From: Nymphaea colorata
Lineage: Eukaryota
Length of the DNA: 64,000 bases
NCBI RefSeq assembly: GCF_008831285.2
Contig: NC_045138.2
Span: 41,354,001 to 41,418,000 of the forward strand
Direction: 5' to 3'
Of this stretch, positions 14,226 to 27,500 are shown piece after piece (the stretch's first letter is position 1; each line of letters starts with the position of its first letter). A model generated the notes under the pieces. It saw nothing but the letters and a program-made list of their open reading frames with translations. It did no database searches and was not told the DNA's origin. The position numbers and the translations under genes were made by a program.

Positions 14226-15344
14226 ATGCTGTGGCCTAAATTCTTGAAAAAGTTTCAGATTCCGCCTTCAGTGTTCCTGATGCATGGACATTAATTCATC
14301 TGGCCATGGTAGATGTCAAAAGACTTCAAACAACGATGGGAAGCGTCCAACGCTTTGTAAGTAATTCTCCAGCGCTTGGAGCTTGGTGGCATCTAGCATC
14401 TTCATCCAGTATTCCATTTGATTGTGTTGAAAACAATCACGGCCTTCATAATAATGAAAAAGGTAGCTTTGTCTAAAAACAGTGGCTGGTTGGTTGCTGA
14501 ACAGTTGTAAATATCTTTTGAACTTTGCTACATTTCACAAATGATTTATCCATAATCTTTGTACTTCATTCAATAAGATCCACTTCAGTATGTTCTTTTC
14601 TGTAGGTGCTACAATTTTTCTTGCTGTACTGAAGAACAGTGGTTGAGGTGGTTTTGATTTAGCTTTGTAATGCAATAATAAATCAAGCTCACCGAATTGG
14701 ATCTTTTTGTTTTTCTTTTCCCCTTGCAGGCACAAGTATAAGCTTTGGCCGGTCATGTAAATAAAAACTACAAAAATACTGCACGCTTTTTAGTCATGAA
14801 ATTGTAATATGACTCTCTCTCGATACATTGGGTCCAAGCCATCAGGTCAAATGTCATGGATAGGCCCACCCAATTAAATTGAACATATCAAATTTAACAA
14901 ACTGCTAACAATACGTTAATGTTACCTGTTTAATTTGGGGCAGTCCGAGTCAGGCAGGCCGCCTGCCTGCGTTGACAAGCCAAGTTTCATCCGTTGTTCA
15001 TAAGATTGGCTCGAGCATGGGTTGGGGGCATATGTATATTGTCAAAAATCGACAACTAAAACAGTCGTAAGATCTACTATTAAAACAAACCGGGAAAATC
15101 TCAATAGCATAGAATTCAAATCTATGCTACATGCTAAATAATATTCTAAATAATATGAATTTGAGGAGCGATTGCGGGAAGGAGATGGTCCGACCTCAAA
15201 TTCATAGATCTGAGATCCTTGGTGATCTCATATCACTATAGTTCTTAGATCAAGGGTAAGCAAACCGGCTTAAAGTTTTCTTTCACCACCAATTTTTTCT
15301 GTTAAAAAGAGGAGGAGGGTGGTGAACATAATCTTAAACAAGCC

Positions 15345-15378
<34 letters not shown>

Positions 15379-16761
15379 CAGAAATTTAGTTTGGCTCTGA
15401 ATTTCATGGAGTAGGCTATATGTTCCAGCATATATTAGGGAGAAGCATGAAATCACCCCATGAACACAAAAGACCCCCTCTTGAATTTCGTTTTTTTCAT
15501 TAAGAGAATGTTTTGTTAAGAAGAAAACCTGTTCTCTCGATATATGGAAAACAGGTTAAGTATCATACGGGGTAAAAGTATTCCTCCTATTCATTCAACA
15601 AGAAAGAAAATGCGTGACGTGAAGAAGAACATGATTCCACCATTCCAGGTGGTGGTGAAAAGGACATGTAAAAGAGACTTATGAAGCGTTTCACGGTATT
15701 CCGCGTCAATAAAAATATTATAAACAAAGCAAGGCACGTAATAAAAGTATTACTAGAAGCAAACTGTAAAAAGTTTTTTCCACAAACAATTTCCTACATC
15801 ATCCATTTATCGCAGCCATTGAAGCCCTTTTCACAAGAAACAAATGCCATCACCGCAAAATCTTCAAGAAAAGGGAAACTGGTGAAAATTTCCTCTTTAA
15901 AGGGAACTTTTTTTTAGGTGTAACATTACACTGCCTTTACTTTCAACGCTTTCTGTCGGCTAACTTTTACGAGGCGGCCGTTAGCGAATTATTTATTTAT
16001 TTTGCAGTTGTATGCACTTTTCTGCATGCTAGTCCGTTTTTTTTCAAATATGTAAGTTGAATAGTTTATTTTATCATTTCTATATATTACGAAGAAGTAC
16101 ACTACTTCGAGCCAAAAACTTAGCTGTCATTTATTTTTCTTTCTGTTGTAACGCCACATTAAGTCGTGGTTCCCTCTTTGATAAATACAAGACAAAAAGT
16201 AGCACATCAAAGATGCCCTACTTGTTTCTACCTTTTCAAATATATACATAAGTACATACACATATATATATATATATATTTATTGGTAAATGCTTAGACC
16301 ACTTAAATAAAAGAGAAAAATTAGACCCATTACAATTAATTATTAAAACATTTTTTTTACAATTTAACATTATAGACATGATTTGAAGATTGATTTGGTG
16401 AGATACTTATATTAAATTAGTCACTTTTACTTTCATAGTATTTTTTAAAATAAAAAAATAAACAACTCTTATAACATGAGGATTTTGATAGTAGAAAGAT
16501 CAAAATTTAAAAAAAAAAACTTGAATTAAAACCCTTCAAAGATTGTCGAAATGATGTGATATAGTTTTAAGCATTTAAAATTCACACAAACCTGTGACCG
16601 GAAGTAGACACCCGATCTCATGATTGGGCCCTTGAGACGGGATATCCCGTGACACTCTAATTGTGGGCTGCAGTTACGCCTTATAGGTTCTTTCGATGGG
16701 TTTGCTCTTACTTTAGTTACTTCATTTCATGCATTTCAAACAAGAGATTCAGTGTACCGAG

Positions 16762-16886
16762 TCTTAGAATTGAGGATTACTGAAATCTCTCTGCCATAGG
16801 TGAATACCTGCAAGATAAGGGGTATCAAGCCATACTGCAGAAACAAAGAGATAACAGAAGACAAGAGAGTTTCCTTTATTCATTTT

Positions 16887-16934
<48 letters not shown>

Positions 16935-17058
16935 GTACAAAATTCATATATGTTACATGGGTAATTCTTAGTGGGATACAACTGTAATACAATTGGTTTA
17001 GTGGTATACAACTGTAATGCAATAAGCACAGATGAGCCTTTGAGACTTTTCTTCAACA
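16762..17058 (-). repeat. 3' LTR with expanded (AT)n tract and a short internal duplication
   Basis: Aligns with 20128-20361 (shared CTGAAATCTCTCTGCCATAGG, AATTCATATATGTTACATGGGTAATTCTT, GACTTTTCTTCAACA). Confidence 0.92.
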
Positions 17059-20000
17059 CTTCCTCTCAAGTTTAACAGTACGTTGTTGAATACTTCTTTG
17101 CTTTCTATTTTTGTTAATATGTCTGCTAACTGCATGCTACTTGTAACATGTTCTGTACGAATGATGCCTGTTTTGATTTTCTCTCTAATGAAATAACAGT
17201 CTATCTCAAGGTGTTTCGTTCGCTCGTGAAACACAGGATTGTTGCTGACCTAAATGTCTGCATGATTATTGCAGAACAATCTTATGGGTAACTTCGCTTG
17301 AGCAGACATATCATTTAGCAAATATTTGATCTAGATAAACTCACATACAATTAGGGCCATTGGGGTATTCTGATTCTGCACTTGATCGGGCCACTACTAC
17401 CTGTTTTTTTTGTTTTTCTAGGACACCAAATTGTCACCCACGAAACAACAATATTCTGATGTTCAGCGTCTGTCATTAGGATTGCCGGCATAGTCAGCAT
17501 CAACGTATCCACATACTTCTAGATTTTCAGTTCTTCGAAATAATATTCCTTTGCGATGTTCCTTGAGATGCCTAAGTATCTTGTGTGTAGCTTCCAAATG
17601 TGACTTTTTTGGGTCGTGCATGAACTGGCTCAATAGATTTACTGAGTATGTAATGTCTGGTCTAGTGGTTGTAAGGTATATGAGTTTACCAATTAGTCTT
17701 TGGTACATGTGCTTGTTTACCTTCACTGTGCAGTTTCAAATTCAGTTCCATGGGGGTATCTACCCCCTTTGATTCAGTCATACCAGTGGCAGCAAGTCCA
17801 TTACTTATTTCTTTTGAAAAATGAATACTCCATCTTTGGAGTGTGAGACGTCTATGCCAAGGAAGTAGTGAGCTATTCTCGAGTCTTTTATTTCAAATTG
17901 TCTCTTCAACATTTCTTTTGTTCTTTCAATTAGATTCTTTGTTGTCCTCAGTTATTATCAAATCGTCTACATAGACAACCACTATTGTTGTTCCCTCAAC
18001 AGTGATTGAAAGGAATATTGAATTGTCTGTCCCACTTATCTTGAATCCTCCTTGTATTAGCTTTGTGTTCAACTTCGAATACCAAGCTCTTGGTGACTGT
18101 TTCAGTTCATACAATGATTTTTTTAGTCTGTACACAAGTTTATGTTGAGATTGAGCTCTAAACCCTTGAGAAATTTCCATATATATTTCTTCATCTAAAT
18201 CTCCTTGAAGAAATGCATTTTTTACATCCATTTGATGCAATTTCCACATTTTAACTGCTGCTACTGATAGTAATATTCTTATAGAACTCATTTTTGCCAC
18301 GGGGGCGAATGTTTCATAAAAGTCTATGCCTTGTACTTGAGTATACCCCTTAGCTATTAGTCTTGCTTTGTAGCGCTCTATTTTTCCCTTATTATTATAT
18401 TTTACCATGTAGGTCCATCTGCAGCCAACTGGTTTTTTTCCTTCGGGCAGTTTCACTAACTCTCATGTTCTGTTTTTCTCTAAGGCAGATAATTCCTCCT
18501 CCATTGCCCTGTGCCATTCACTTCTAATTCGAGCTTCCTTATAGCTTTGTGGCTATGTTTGTGTGTATAGCTTAGACAAATAGTCTTTGTATCTGTATGA
18601 TATTTTGTGAGGCAGTTTGCTGTCCACTAAGTTGGCTATGGTGTTCTTGGTGTAATAAGTGAAGTAATTGTCCAGTCGTGTTGGAGGATTACTTATTCTA
18701 CTTGACCTTCTTAGCTGAACCACTTTGTTGTTTCAACATTTTGTCCTAATCTGCTGTCAATATCTTGGCTTTCTTGACTTTGATAACTGTTGTCGGGGGT
18801 ATCATGCTCACTCACTACTGGTAGGGGAGCTGTGATGGTGGGTATGATAAGTTGCTCCTCTTTGCCAAATACATCTATGTCAATCTATCTGATTCTCTAT
18901 GCATTTTAAGTCTAGAAAAATATATCTTTTTCATTTTTGGGTCAAAACATTTATATCCCTTCTTTCCGTAGGAGTAACCCAAAAAAATACATTTGATTGC
19001 TCTCTTTTTCAGTTTATTTCTGTCTTACTTTTGACGATGTACATAACAGGTACATCCAAATATCCTTAGATGGTTTACATCTGTAGGTCTATTTTTGACT
19101 ATGGATAAGGGGCTATTCTCCCTTAATTTTTTGCTCACTGTCCGATTTATTACATGACAAGTACATGCAACAGCTTCTAGATTTATTACATGACAAGCAC
19201 ATGCAACTGCTTCTGGCTAGAAAACAACAGGAACATTCGTTTCAAACATAAATGACCTAGCTACATTTAGCAAGTGTCTATTTCTTCTCTCACATACCTC
19301 GTTTTGTTAGGATGCGCTTGAACATGTGGTTTGATGTTCTATTCCCATTTATTTTGTGAAATTTCTGAAACTTGTATTAAGATACGTTCTTCTATTATTT
19401 GATCTTAGCATTTTAATTTTCTTGCCATATTGAGTCTTTATCAAACAATATAAATTTTTGAAGCAAATGAAAGTTTTACTTTTCTTATTCATGAAATAGA
19501 CCCACATCATCTTAGATTTGTCATCCACAAACATTACAAAGTACTTGTGCTCATGATATCCATCTATGAGTGTAGCCCCCAGACATCAGTGTAGACTAAA
19601 TCAAAACAAAAATCAGAATTACTTTTAGAGTTGGAGAAAGGTAATCTGGTAATCTTCGTTGTAATGCATGCATCACAGTTATCTACTACAAGGTTTAATT
19701 TCGAAAACATGGTTTTTAAAACCTTATTGGATGGGTGTTCTATGCGTTGATGCCAAAGTCTAGCTTCTTCAATTGAATCCACTACTAACTCGGCTGAATT
19801 TTGTTGACAGACATTTAGTGAGTATAGCCCGTTAGTTTCTGTTCCTTCACCAATCATCTAGTAGAATCGCCCTCTTTTCACAAAATATTGCATAACAGTT
19901 TAATTCTTTTATCAACTTGCTTATTGATAGCAAATTAGCAGAGCATTTAAGAACATACAACACATCTCTAAGCACATAATTTTCAGTAAGATAAACAGAT

Positions 20001-20127
20001 CCACAACCCTTAACTGCTTTAGAAGTTTCACTTTCTTTCATTCCTTGCTCCATTGCTCAATCCATGATCTTTCGTGTGTAATGGAGCTATTTCCTCTCTT
20101 CGACGATCTAGAGAGGCTTTGATACCA

Positions 20128-20361
20128 TCTTAGATTTCAGGATAACTGAAATCTCTCTGCCATAGGTGTATACCTGGGGTTTCAAGTGAGATTGCAGAAA
20201 CAGAGAGATAACAGAAGGCAAGAGAGTTTTCTTTACTCATTTTCAATATATATATATAGATTTGTGTACAGAAAATTCATATATGTTACATGGGTAATTC
20301 TTGGTGGAATACAGCTGTAACGCAGTAAGCACTGATGAGCCTTCCAGACTTTTCTTCAACA
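20128..20361 (-). repeat. 5' LTR
   Basis: Begins TGTTGAAG on the minus strand and ends CTAAGA directly before the PBS. Confidence 0.92.
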
Positions 20362-21760
20362 CTGAGATGCTTAGTCTTGTTTATCCTAAACGGCACCAAA
20401 TTCGGACAAATGAGACAAGAGAAGGGTATCCAAAAATCACACCTCAATCACATCTCGAAACTGAGCATGTTTCATCGAGTCCCTATCTCACCAATTTAAA
20501 CATAGCCTAAGGTGTGACCATTCTAATACGAGATATTCTGCATCAAGTTATCTTGGATTCAAGATACGTACATTTTGATTTAAATAAACTTAATTTTACT
20601 TAAATACATTTTTTATAGTATATTTTTATAAATTCAAAACAAATTTAAAGTTAAATAGTTCAAGCTTACGTGTGATTTTTTCTTTTATATCTCCAAACTT
20701 GAGTGCTTGTTCTTTAAATTATCTTTTTATACAGTTCAAAATAAATTTAAAGTAAAATAATATGTGCAATATTTTATTTTATATGACATCTTTAGTTGGT
20801 CTCTTGTAGCCGTAGGCACTATGCCGTCATGCCATAGAGGGGATGAATACTTTGTATGCAAGTTGAACCATAAGGGCATCCCTTTTCGGCACCAACACAA
20901 CCTGGACCGTCAAGTAAAAGGAAAGGAGAGATATAGGTTGGGATTAGCCCGCTCGCTCACCCAGTGCTTGCCTTTTAAATTTTTGTGAATAATAAATATA
21001 TAGTGCTTATATTTAGTTAGCTGGCCTTGTTCATGTAGTTCTCATGTTTCGAAAACTCCATATCATTTGTGAGGACCCTCTCTCAGGCAGATTTGCATTG
21101 CCAACTCAATATAATGTCCTAGTTTCTATTCCTGCAAAGTTTGTACCACTGGTGACAAAATTTGTCCACCATGTGTCGCGGAATGCATTCACCATGTGGC
21201 CTCATAATAAAAGAGTTGTATGTCATGCATCATCTTTTTCTTTTCTGTTGAAATAGACGCGACACATGTATGGTTTTGTATAGGTGAGTAAAAGAAATAT
21301 TTCATCCTATTGCTCAAGAGAGCGAAGCCCTCACGCTTCTCCATCCTGAATGAAACCAAGATGCTCTTGATGTTAAGATATACTTTCTGGAAAATTTCAC
21401 TTTTTCCAGACATGCTAAATTTGTTTGATTTGTGATGTAAAATATGACAGATGAATCCAAACCATTCACATGGGCCAAATTTTCAAAGTCACTCTCACTT
21501 AAAAAAAAAAAAAACTAATTCAAAGAAAAAGAGTAACATGCAAACAGGCTTTAATTTCCTTCTTTGTTTTCTTGCTAGCTTTGGGACTGGTGACTCCTAT
21601 ATGATTGAGATGCATCTTTATATAAAGGGTTGCTAACAAAACTGGATAAAAAAAAGTTTTTTACATACATGGGAGGGAGGGCCACATACCTATATAGATA
21701 TGAGGTCCGTTTATGTTTTTATTTGTAAGATCCAGAGGTCCAAATTCAAATCCATATTAA

Positions 21761-21981
21761 GGATCTGTTTAAATAATACTCTCAAAAACTTAATTTTGTA
21801 AAAACTCGGTTTTATGAAACCCAAGTTTTTGGGCAGGATTTTAGAAAATGGTTTTTAACCCAAAACATAATATTTTTTTTTTCATCACTTTCCATTTGAA
21901 AACTGAGCTTTAAGACCCAGTTTTTACATCTTCTAATTATACCATAAACTTGGTTTTGTATTGTTATTCAAACACCCCCCC
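21761..21981. mobile_element. Tourist-like MITE
   Basis: TAA on both flanks, imperfect inverted ends GGATCTGTTTAAATAA / TTATTCAAACACCCC, AT-rich interior. Confidence 0.45.
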
Positions 21982-22655
21982 TAAATTTTTTTCGACTCAG
22001 TGCTAAATGCTGGATTCGGAGTGCAAAATATGAATTTGAAATAAAAAAGCACCATATTGAATGCAAATCTTGTTTAGTGAAAGTTTGTGAAAGTCCATCT
22101 CGGTTATCGAACTATTGACCTCATTTAAATGGGTAATCAAATGAATGAAAACACTGGTTTTATATTGAAAAAAAAAAAGATTCTTTCCAGTATTTAGTTG
22201 ATATGGAGTTTGTATTAGTGCAGAAACAAAATTGAAAAGTTTGTTGTTTCACTTGTTCTTTTTTTGTATAAAAAATCATTTAAAGTATGAACACAGCTAA
22301 AACTCACAAATTACAGCTACCAACGTAAGAAATGACAATGAGAATTAATGTGAAGATTTCGCCTGTAGCATTAGCCCCTGAGAAGTGAGATATGTGTATA
22401 AAATAGTCGCATAAATACAAAATATGCGGGAAATAGAGATATGACAAAGAAAAATAAAAACTATAAAAGGATCAGGTCGGGTGTCTGATTGATGTCACCG
22501 AACTGTTTCGAAATTGCAACGGTCTCAATTCATGGGCAGCACGGAGTGGCCCCCACGTAAAAAGTTAACAAGAACCGGGCAATCAATTGCCTCAGGCATT
22601 ATATAGTGAGCTTCTCACTTCACTATCACGGCTCGTGCTCCGACTTACCGGGGAA

Positions 22656-24487
22656 ATGGCGGTTCCGATAACTGAAGCGTTCACTCTAGGGTTCATAGGC
22701 GCCGGCAAGATGGCGGAGGCAATCGCCCGGGGCGTCGCCACCTCCGGCACGATTCCGGCTGCGAGAATGCGCGCGGCCGACCTCAGTGAGGACCGCCGCC
22801 GGGTCTTTTCCGAGCTCGGTGTCAAGGCCTTCGATTCCAATGTCAAGGTGACGAAGCTTGCTCCAACCATTTTATTTCATGAGTTCCATATTCTATAGTC
22901 TTGTGTTTCGGCTCCTTGGATTTCATGAATTCATGGGTCGTTCCTGTTTCTTGGTCCTGTTTTTGCTGGTTTGTGCTTCGGTGGTGTTGATTGGAATTTG
23001 TCCATACTGCTGGCGTTTGGATGGACCAATTTGTCCAGATTGTGCTAAGTGTAGGCGTTGGCATTGCTCCACAATTCACGGCAAATTATTCTGGATAAGT
23101 TCCGGAATTTATGGATTCATGTGTATGAAGAACTGCTGGCTTTCTGATAGATTTGCCACTCTGAGAGCTGAGAATAGCCAGAGATAACCATGATTAAGTT
23201 TCATTTGATGACAACAAATTCTTGTTATTTTGCGGCCCCAGCTTTGCGGTGCTTGGTTTCTTGAATTCCAATCGACTTGTTTTCTTGAAGGGATCACGGT
23301 TAAGATTAAGCTATAGCTCTCATTGGAAGCTACCAAATAAATGACCACTGGACTTGAACCTTGGGGTACACAGAACCTATTCACATGTAAAGTCATTGTA
23401 AGAGATCTGAAGTCATTCATCTTTTTTTTTTTTTTTCCTTGTCTGGCTTCTTGTCCTGTAAATGAACACGTATCTGGAGGATTTTCATTCTGTCTCCGTA
23501 AACATCAAAGTTATCATTACCTTCAGGAGGGAAGAATTGGAACAATCAACTTAGTTATGTTAACATGCCTCCTGCAGAAGGGGATTTGGGAGGTTCGCGA
23601 TGCCTCTGGGTCCATTATTGCCACACTCTTCAAACAGTAGATCAATAACTCTTGACTATGTCTCCTTGATCCTCTTCTGGCTGTCTAAGGAGGTTTTATT
23701 TGTAAAGTTTCATAATCATGAGTTTTCCATTTAATTTCCTTAAAATAAGTAATGGACGTCTTAATTCTCCTGAAGACCAGAAATTGGGGTTAATTCTTCG
23801 GTACAGTCTGCTATAACTGTGAAATCATGGGTTAATAGCTACCAAAATGAATGGAGATATGTTTCTGTGATTGAGTCCCTAGTGTTTAAGTTATATGCAA
23901 CGAATATGAAACAGTAATAAGAAGGTTAATTGTCTCCTAGCCTATTATAAAATTTAATGGAGCTTTTCATCCTTTCGTGATGTACTGTGTCATGGAGATC
24001 CAAAGTGCTGTAGCAGTTGTACCCTGTCAGGCTGTCACACTTATTAAAGTTGTTTCAGGTAGCACCAGTCGTGTAGTAGACTTGTTGAACATGACAAGTT
24101 GTAAGGTATAATATTTTGGTTTTTCATGCTTGTGGATTCAGGGATTATGCGCAGTCCTTCATCTGTCTTCTTTTTGTCATGTTCATTGAATTTGGGCCAC
24201 CAACAGCTTATTTTCTAATGGCTCTCTTGTTTTCAATTGGTGGTCAGGTGGTTGAAGAAAGTGAAGTCATTATTTTGTCTGTCAAGCCTCAAGTTGGTAA
24301 GTTAAATGACCGGTTGTTGTTTGAAAATTATGGGGGACAATATGCATATATAGGCATAAAAATGATCAAGAGGAAATTTCTTTCAAACTGGTGTGGGTTC
24401 TCTATATGTGGGTATCAAACATGGAACAAAACATTTTCTGCCTCAGAGTTCTTCATCTCCCTCCCTTCCTCCCTCTCTCTCTCTCTC

Positions 24488-24531
<44 letters not shown>

Positions 24532-27500
24532 GTGCACGCGATATTTGCGTCAACTCCATTTCTTGAATAGAAATTGAACTCAATAGTTTGGACTAGTGGT
24601 TGGACTCAACTGTTCAATCTCCAGTTGTTTATTTAACTGGCAGAATTGCAAGATTACAATGATCTTGGTATTAAGATGCCATATTGTTGCACTTGCTGGT
24701 GCCATAGAGGAAATGCTTGAAACCATTTGGATATCCTTTGTCACCTCTATGCCATTGAAGTCAGTATTTTGTACAATTTATATATGTCATGGTCAGTTTC
24801 TTATTCCTCAAGACATCAGTCGTGCCTTCTGATAGAAATTAGAATAACTGCATAGCACATTCATTTTGGAGATTGGGATTCAGTTTGTTCAAATAGTGAA
24901 TATTTCTTCTTTCTTAATCTAGGATTCTAGAGCAGGTGCCGCTGTTGGAGTTTTACATGTATCATATTATTGGTTTTTTAGTGGAAAAGTTACAAACCAT
25001 GGTGTGGCAAATTGCCATATAACAAAAGACCGCTAACTTTTGGAAGTTTACTTTTGATTTTCTGTATCAAAAAATTTCATAATCGGCTGCTTTTTGATGG
25101 TTTAAAAAATTGTTATGTTAACTTCCGGTGATCAAAATAAATCATTTGACAAATTTTTCCGCTTGCTATTACGGGGATTTCTTTATCATTCTCTGTTGGG
25201 TGCTTCTAGAAGAGTGCCGTCATGGTGGAACTCGTAGTGGAACATCGCCATTTGTCTTTCTTCTCCGGTAAGATCTCTCTTTCTTTCTCCTCTCACTCTC
25301 TATATCTAACTCCACTCTAGGTTATGCCCATACCAAACTCTGGCAAGGATATCTTAGAAAGTCCAGGCAGTGATTCACCAATATCTACCTCCTTCCTTTC
25401 TTAATGGGAGAGTGGAGGGGGGGGGGTGTGAGAAGAGAGAGAGAGAGCTGAGTGCTTCTGTTGGGGGTGGGTCAGTAAAGGAGGGATAAGGGGCAAATTT
25501 ATGAAAATGAGGTTGAAGGATAAATTTTTTATTTCATGGAAATGGTTAATGGTTTTTTTTTTTCTGATATGTTACAAAGAGGTGCAAATAATGTTCATTT
25601 GCTGAGTGCTTCTGTTGGGGGTGGGTCAGTAAAGGAGGAATAAGGAGGGAAATTTATGAAAATGAGGTTGAAGGATAAATTTGTTATTTCATGGAAATGG
25701 TTAATGGATTTTTTTTTGGATATGTTACAAAGAGATGCAAGCAATGTTCATTTAACTGTTTATCTATTGTAATGGTTTCTTAATTCAGGCTAATGAGTAC
25801 CTGTGAAACTTTACTACTCCTTTGTTTCACTAAAAGTTAAGCTGATTTTCTTTGTCTGTCTGTTGAATAAAGGCAAAGTCCCTCACAAACGTATGCATGC
25901 ATGGCACAAGTTTTTTTCTTTGCTATTCATGCATAGGATTAATTATCCCTGTTCTTGTTGGCTATATAAGTGACCTGTCTGTTGAATAAAGGCAAAGTCC
26001 CTCACAAACGTATGCATGCATGGCACAAGTTTTTTTCTTTGCTATTCATGCATAGGATTAATTATCCCTGTTCTTGTTGGCTATATAAGTGACCTTGTTG
26101 GTTGATTAAGTGGTCCTTTATTTTGCAGTTAAGAAAGTTGCTTATGAGCTGAAACCTTTTTTCACGAAAGAGAAGCTTGTGGTGTCAATTGCAGCAGGAA
26201 CAAAGTTGAAGGACTTGCAGGTCCATTTAGAATATGTCCATCTCTTCCTGATCCTACAATTTTATTTTGTTTTAAGGCTGTAAATTTCAAAGTTTATTGT
26301 CTTCTGTAAACTGTAAAAGTTCAACGGGTTTGAATATGAATGGACCTAAGGTTGAATGTTGGTCAAGCATAATGCATGGGGATCACCCAAGCCTGGCTTA
26401 GTAGACTTTTTGTTCTTTAAAGTTTTTGTTTTTTGTCTCAAGTTTTCTCTAGCTTGCCTGATCCATCCATCTAGGTGACTGTTTGAAAATAGTCCTGTTG
26501 GTTCCTGTGATCCATTTATGGAAAACAAAATTGTGGTTTCTGCACAAAATACAGCCCCAGTCTGGTCCTTTGCCCAACCATTCACATATACAATGTTATT
26601 TGTTGAATACCCTTTTCTCTTCTTAGTAGGGACTGTGAATAACTGACATGTATTATGATTATCTAGTGAGTTGATATGTCTTCTGCATTCCATGCAGGAA
26701 TGGGTTGGCCATGGTCGCTTAATCAGGGTAATGCCAAACACTCCATGTCTGGTTGGCCAGGGTGCATCAGGTAACTGATGCCGTCTTATGCATCTTAATC
26801 CTTCTCTTATTTTAATGAATTCTCTGCAGTGTTATTGGATTGGTGAGGTAATACCATTTTATTTTTATGTGTTAGTTCGTTTTGCCTCTCCCAGTGAAAC
26901 TTTTGGAATGCAAATATCATAATAAGGTGGTCATGATTTGAAATACGCGTAACCTGGGAAATCTTTTGCCTATTTTTTAATGCTTGATATTTCTGAATTG
27001 CCACCTTATCCAAAATCTCTTTGGATTTTTTTTATATGCGTTGCTCAAATGTTTTTAGTATGTTTTAATAGTCATTTTATTTGTTAGAGACTTGAGAATT
27101 GATGTGGTATAGATAACGACTTCTTCGTAAGATGTGTAGGGGAAAATGACGTTCTCTGTTCCTTAAGATGTATATGTTTGATAGCTATAGGCATAAATCT
27201 TAGCAAGATGTGATTCTGCCTCAGTGACTGTCAGGCGAGTATGAGGGTTAATGTTTGTTAAGGTGCTTGTCAGAATGTGGATGTTTTATTGTATGGGCCA
27301 TCTTTAGAATAGGTAATGCGAATATGTGCAACCTCTTGCTTGAGTTTGTACAGTCAGTTTGGTAACTGGTAACAAAAAAATTATTGGTTTATGATCTATG
27401 TTAGAATATGGAAAATAGACATCTGCAAGCATTTTCCTTCATGATAAATTTCCTTCTGGAATGGCCTGGTAGTGGTGATAGGTTTGCCTGGAGCTGTCAG

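Larger units (their letters stand above)
16762..20361 (-). mobile_element. Ty1/copia LTR retrotransposon, degenerate and internally deleted (no gag)
   Basis: 5' LTR 20128-20361, 3' LTR 16762-17058, PBS TGGTATCAAAGC (20116-20127, tRNA-iMet type), PPT CTTGAGAGGAAG (17059-17070), TSD CCGAG/CTGAG. Broken pol in copia order: protease tail, WHQRIEHPS..CDAC, integrase core, RT (KARLIAKGYTQ, HQMDVKNAFL, YVDD), RNase H (DADYAG, HERTKHLEID). Confidence 0.95.
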
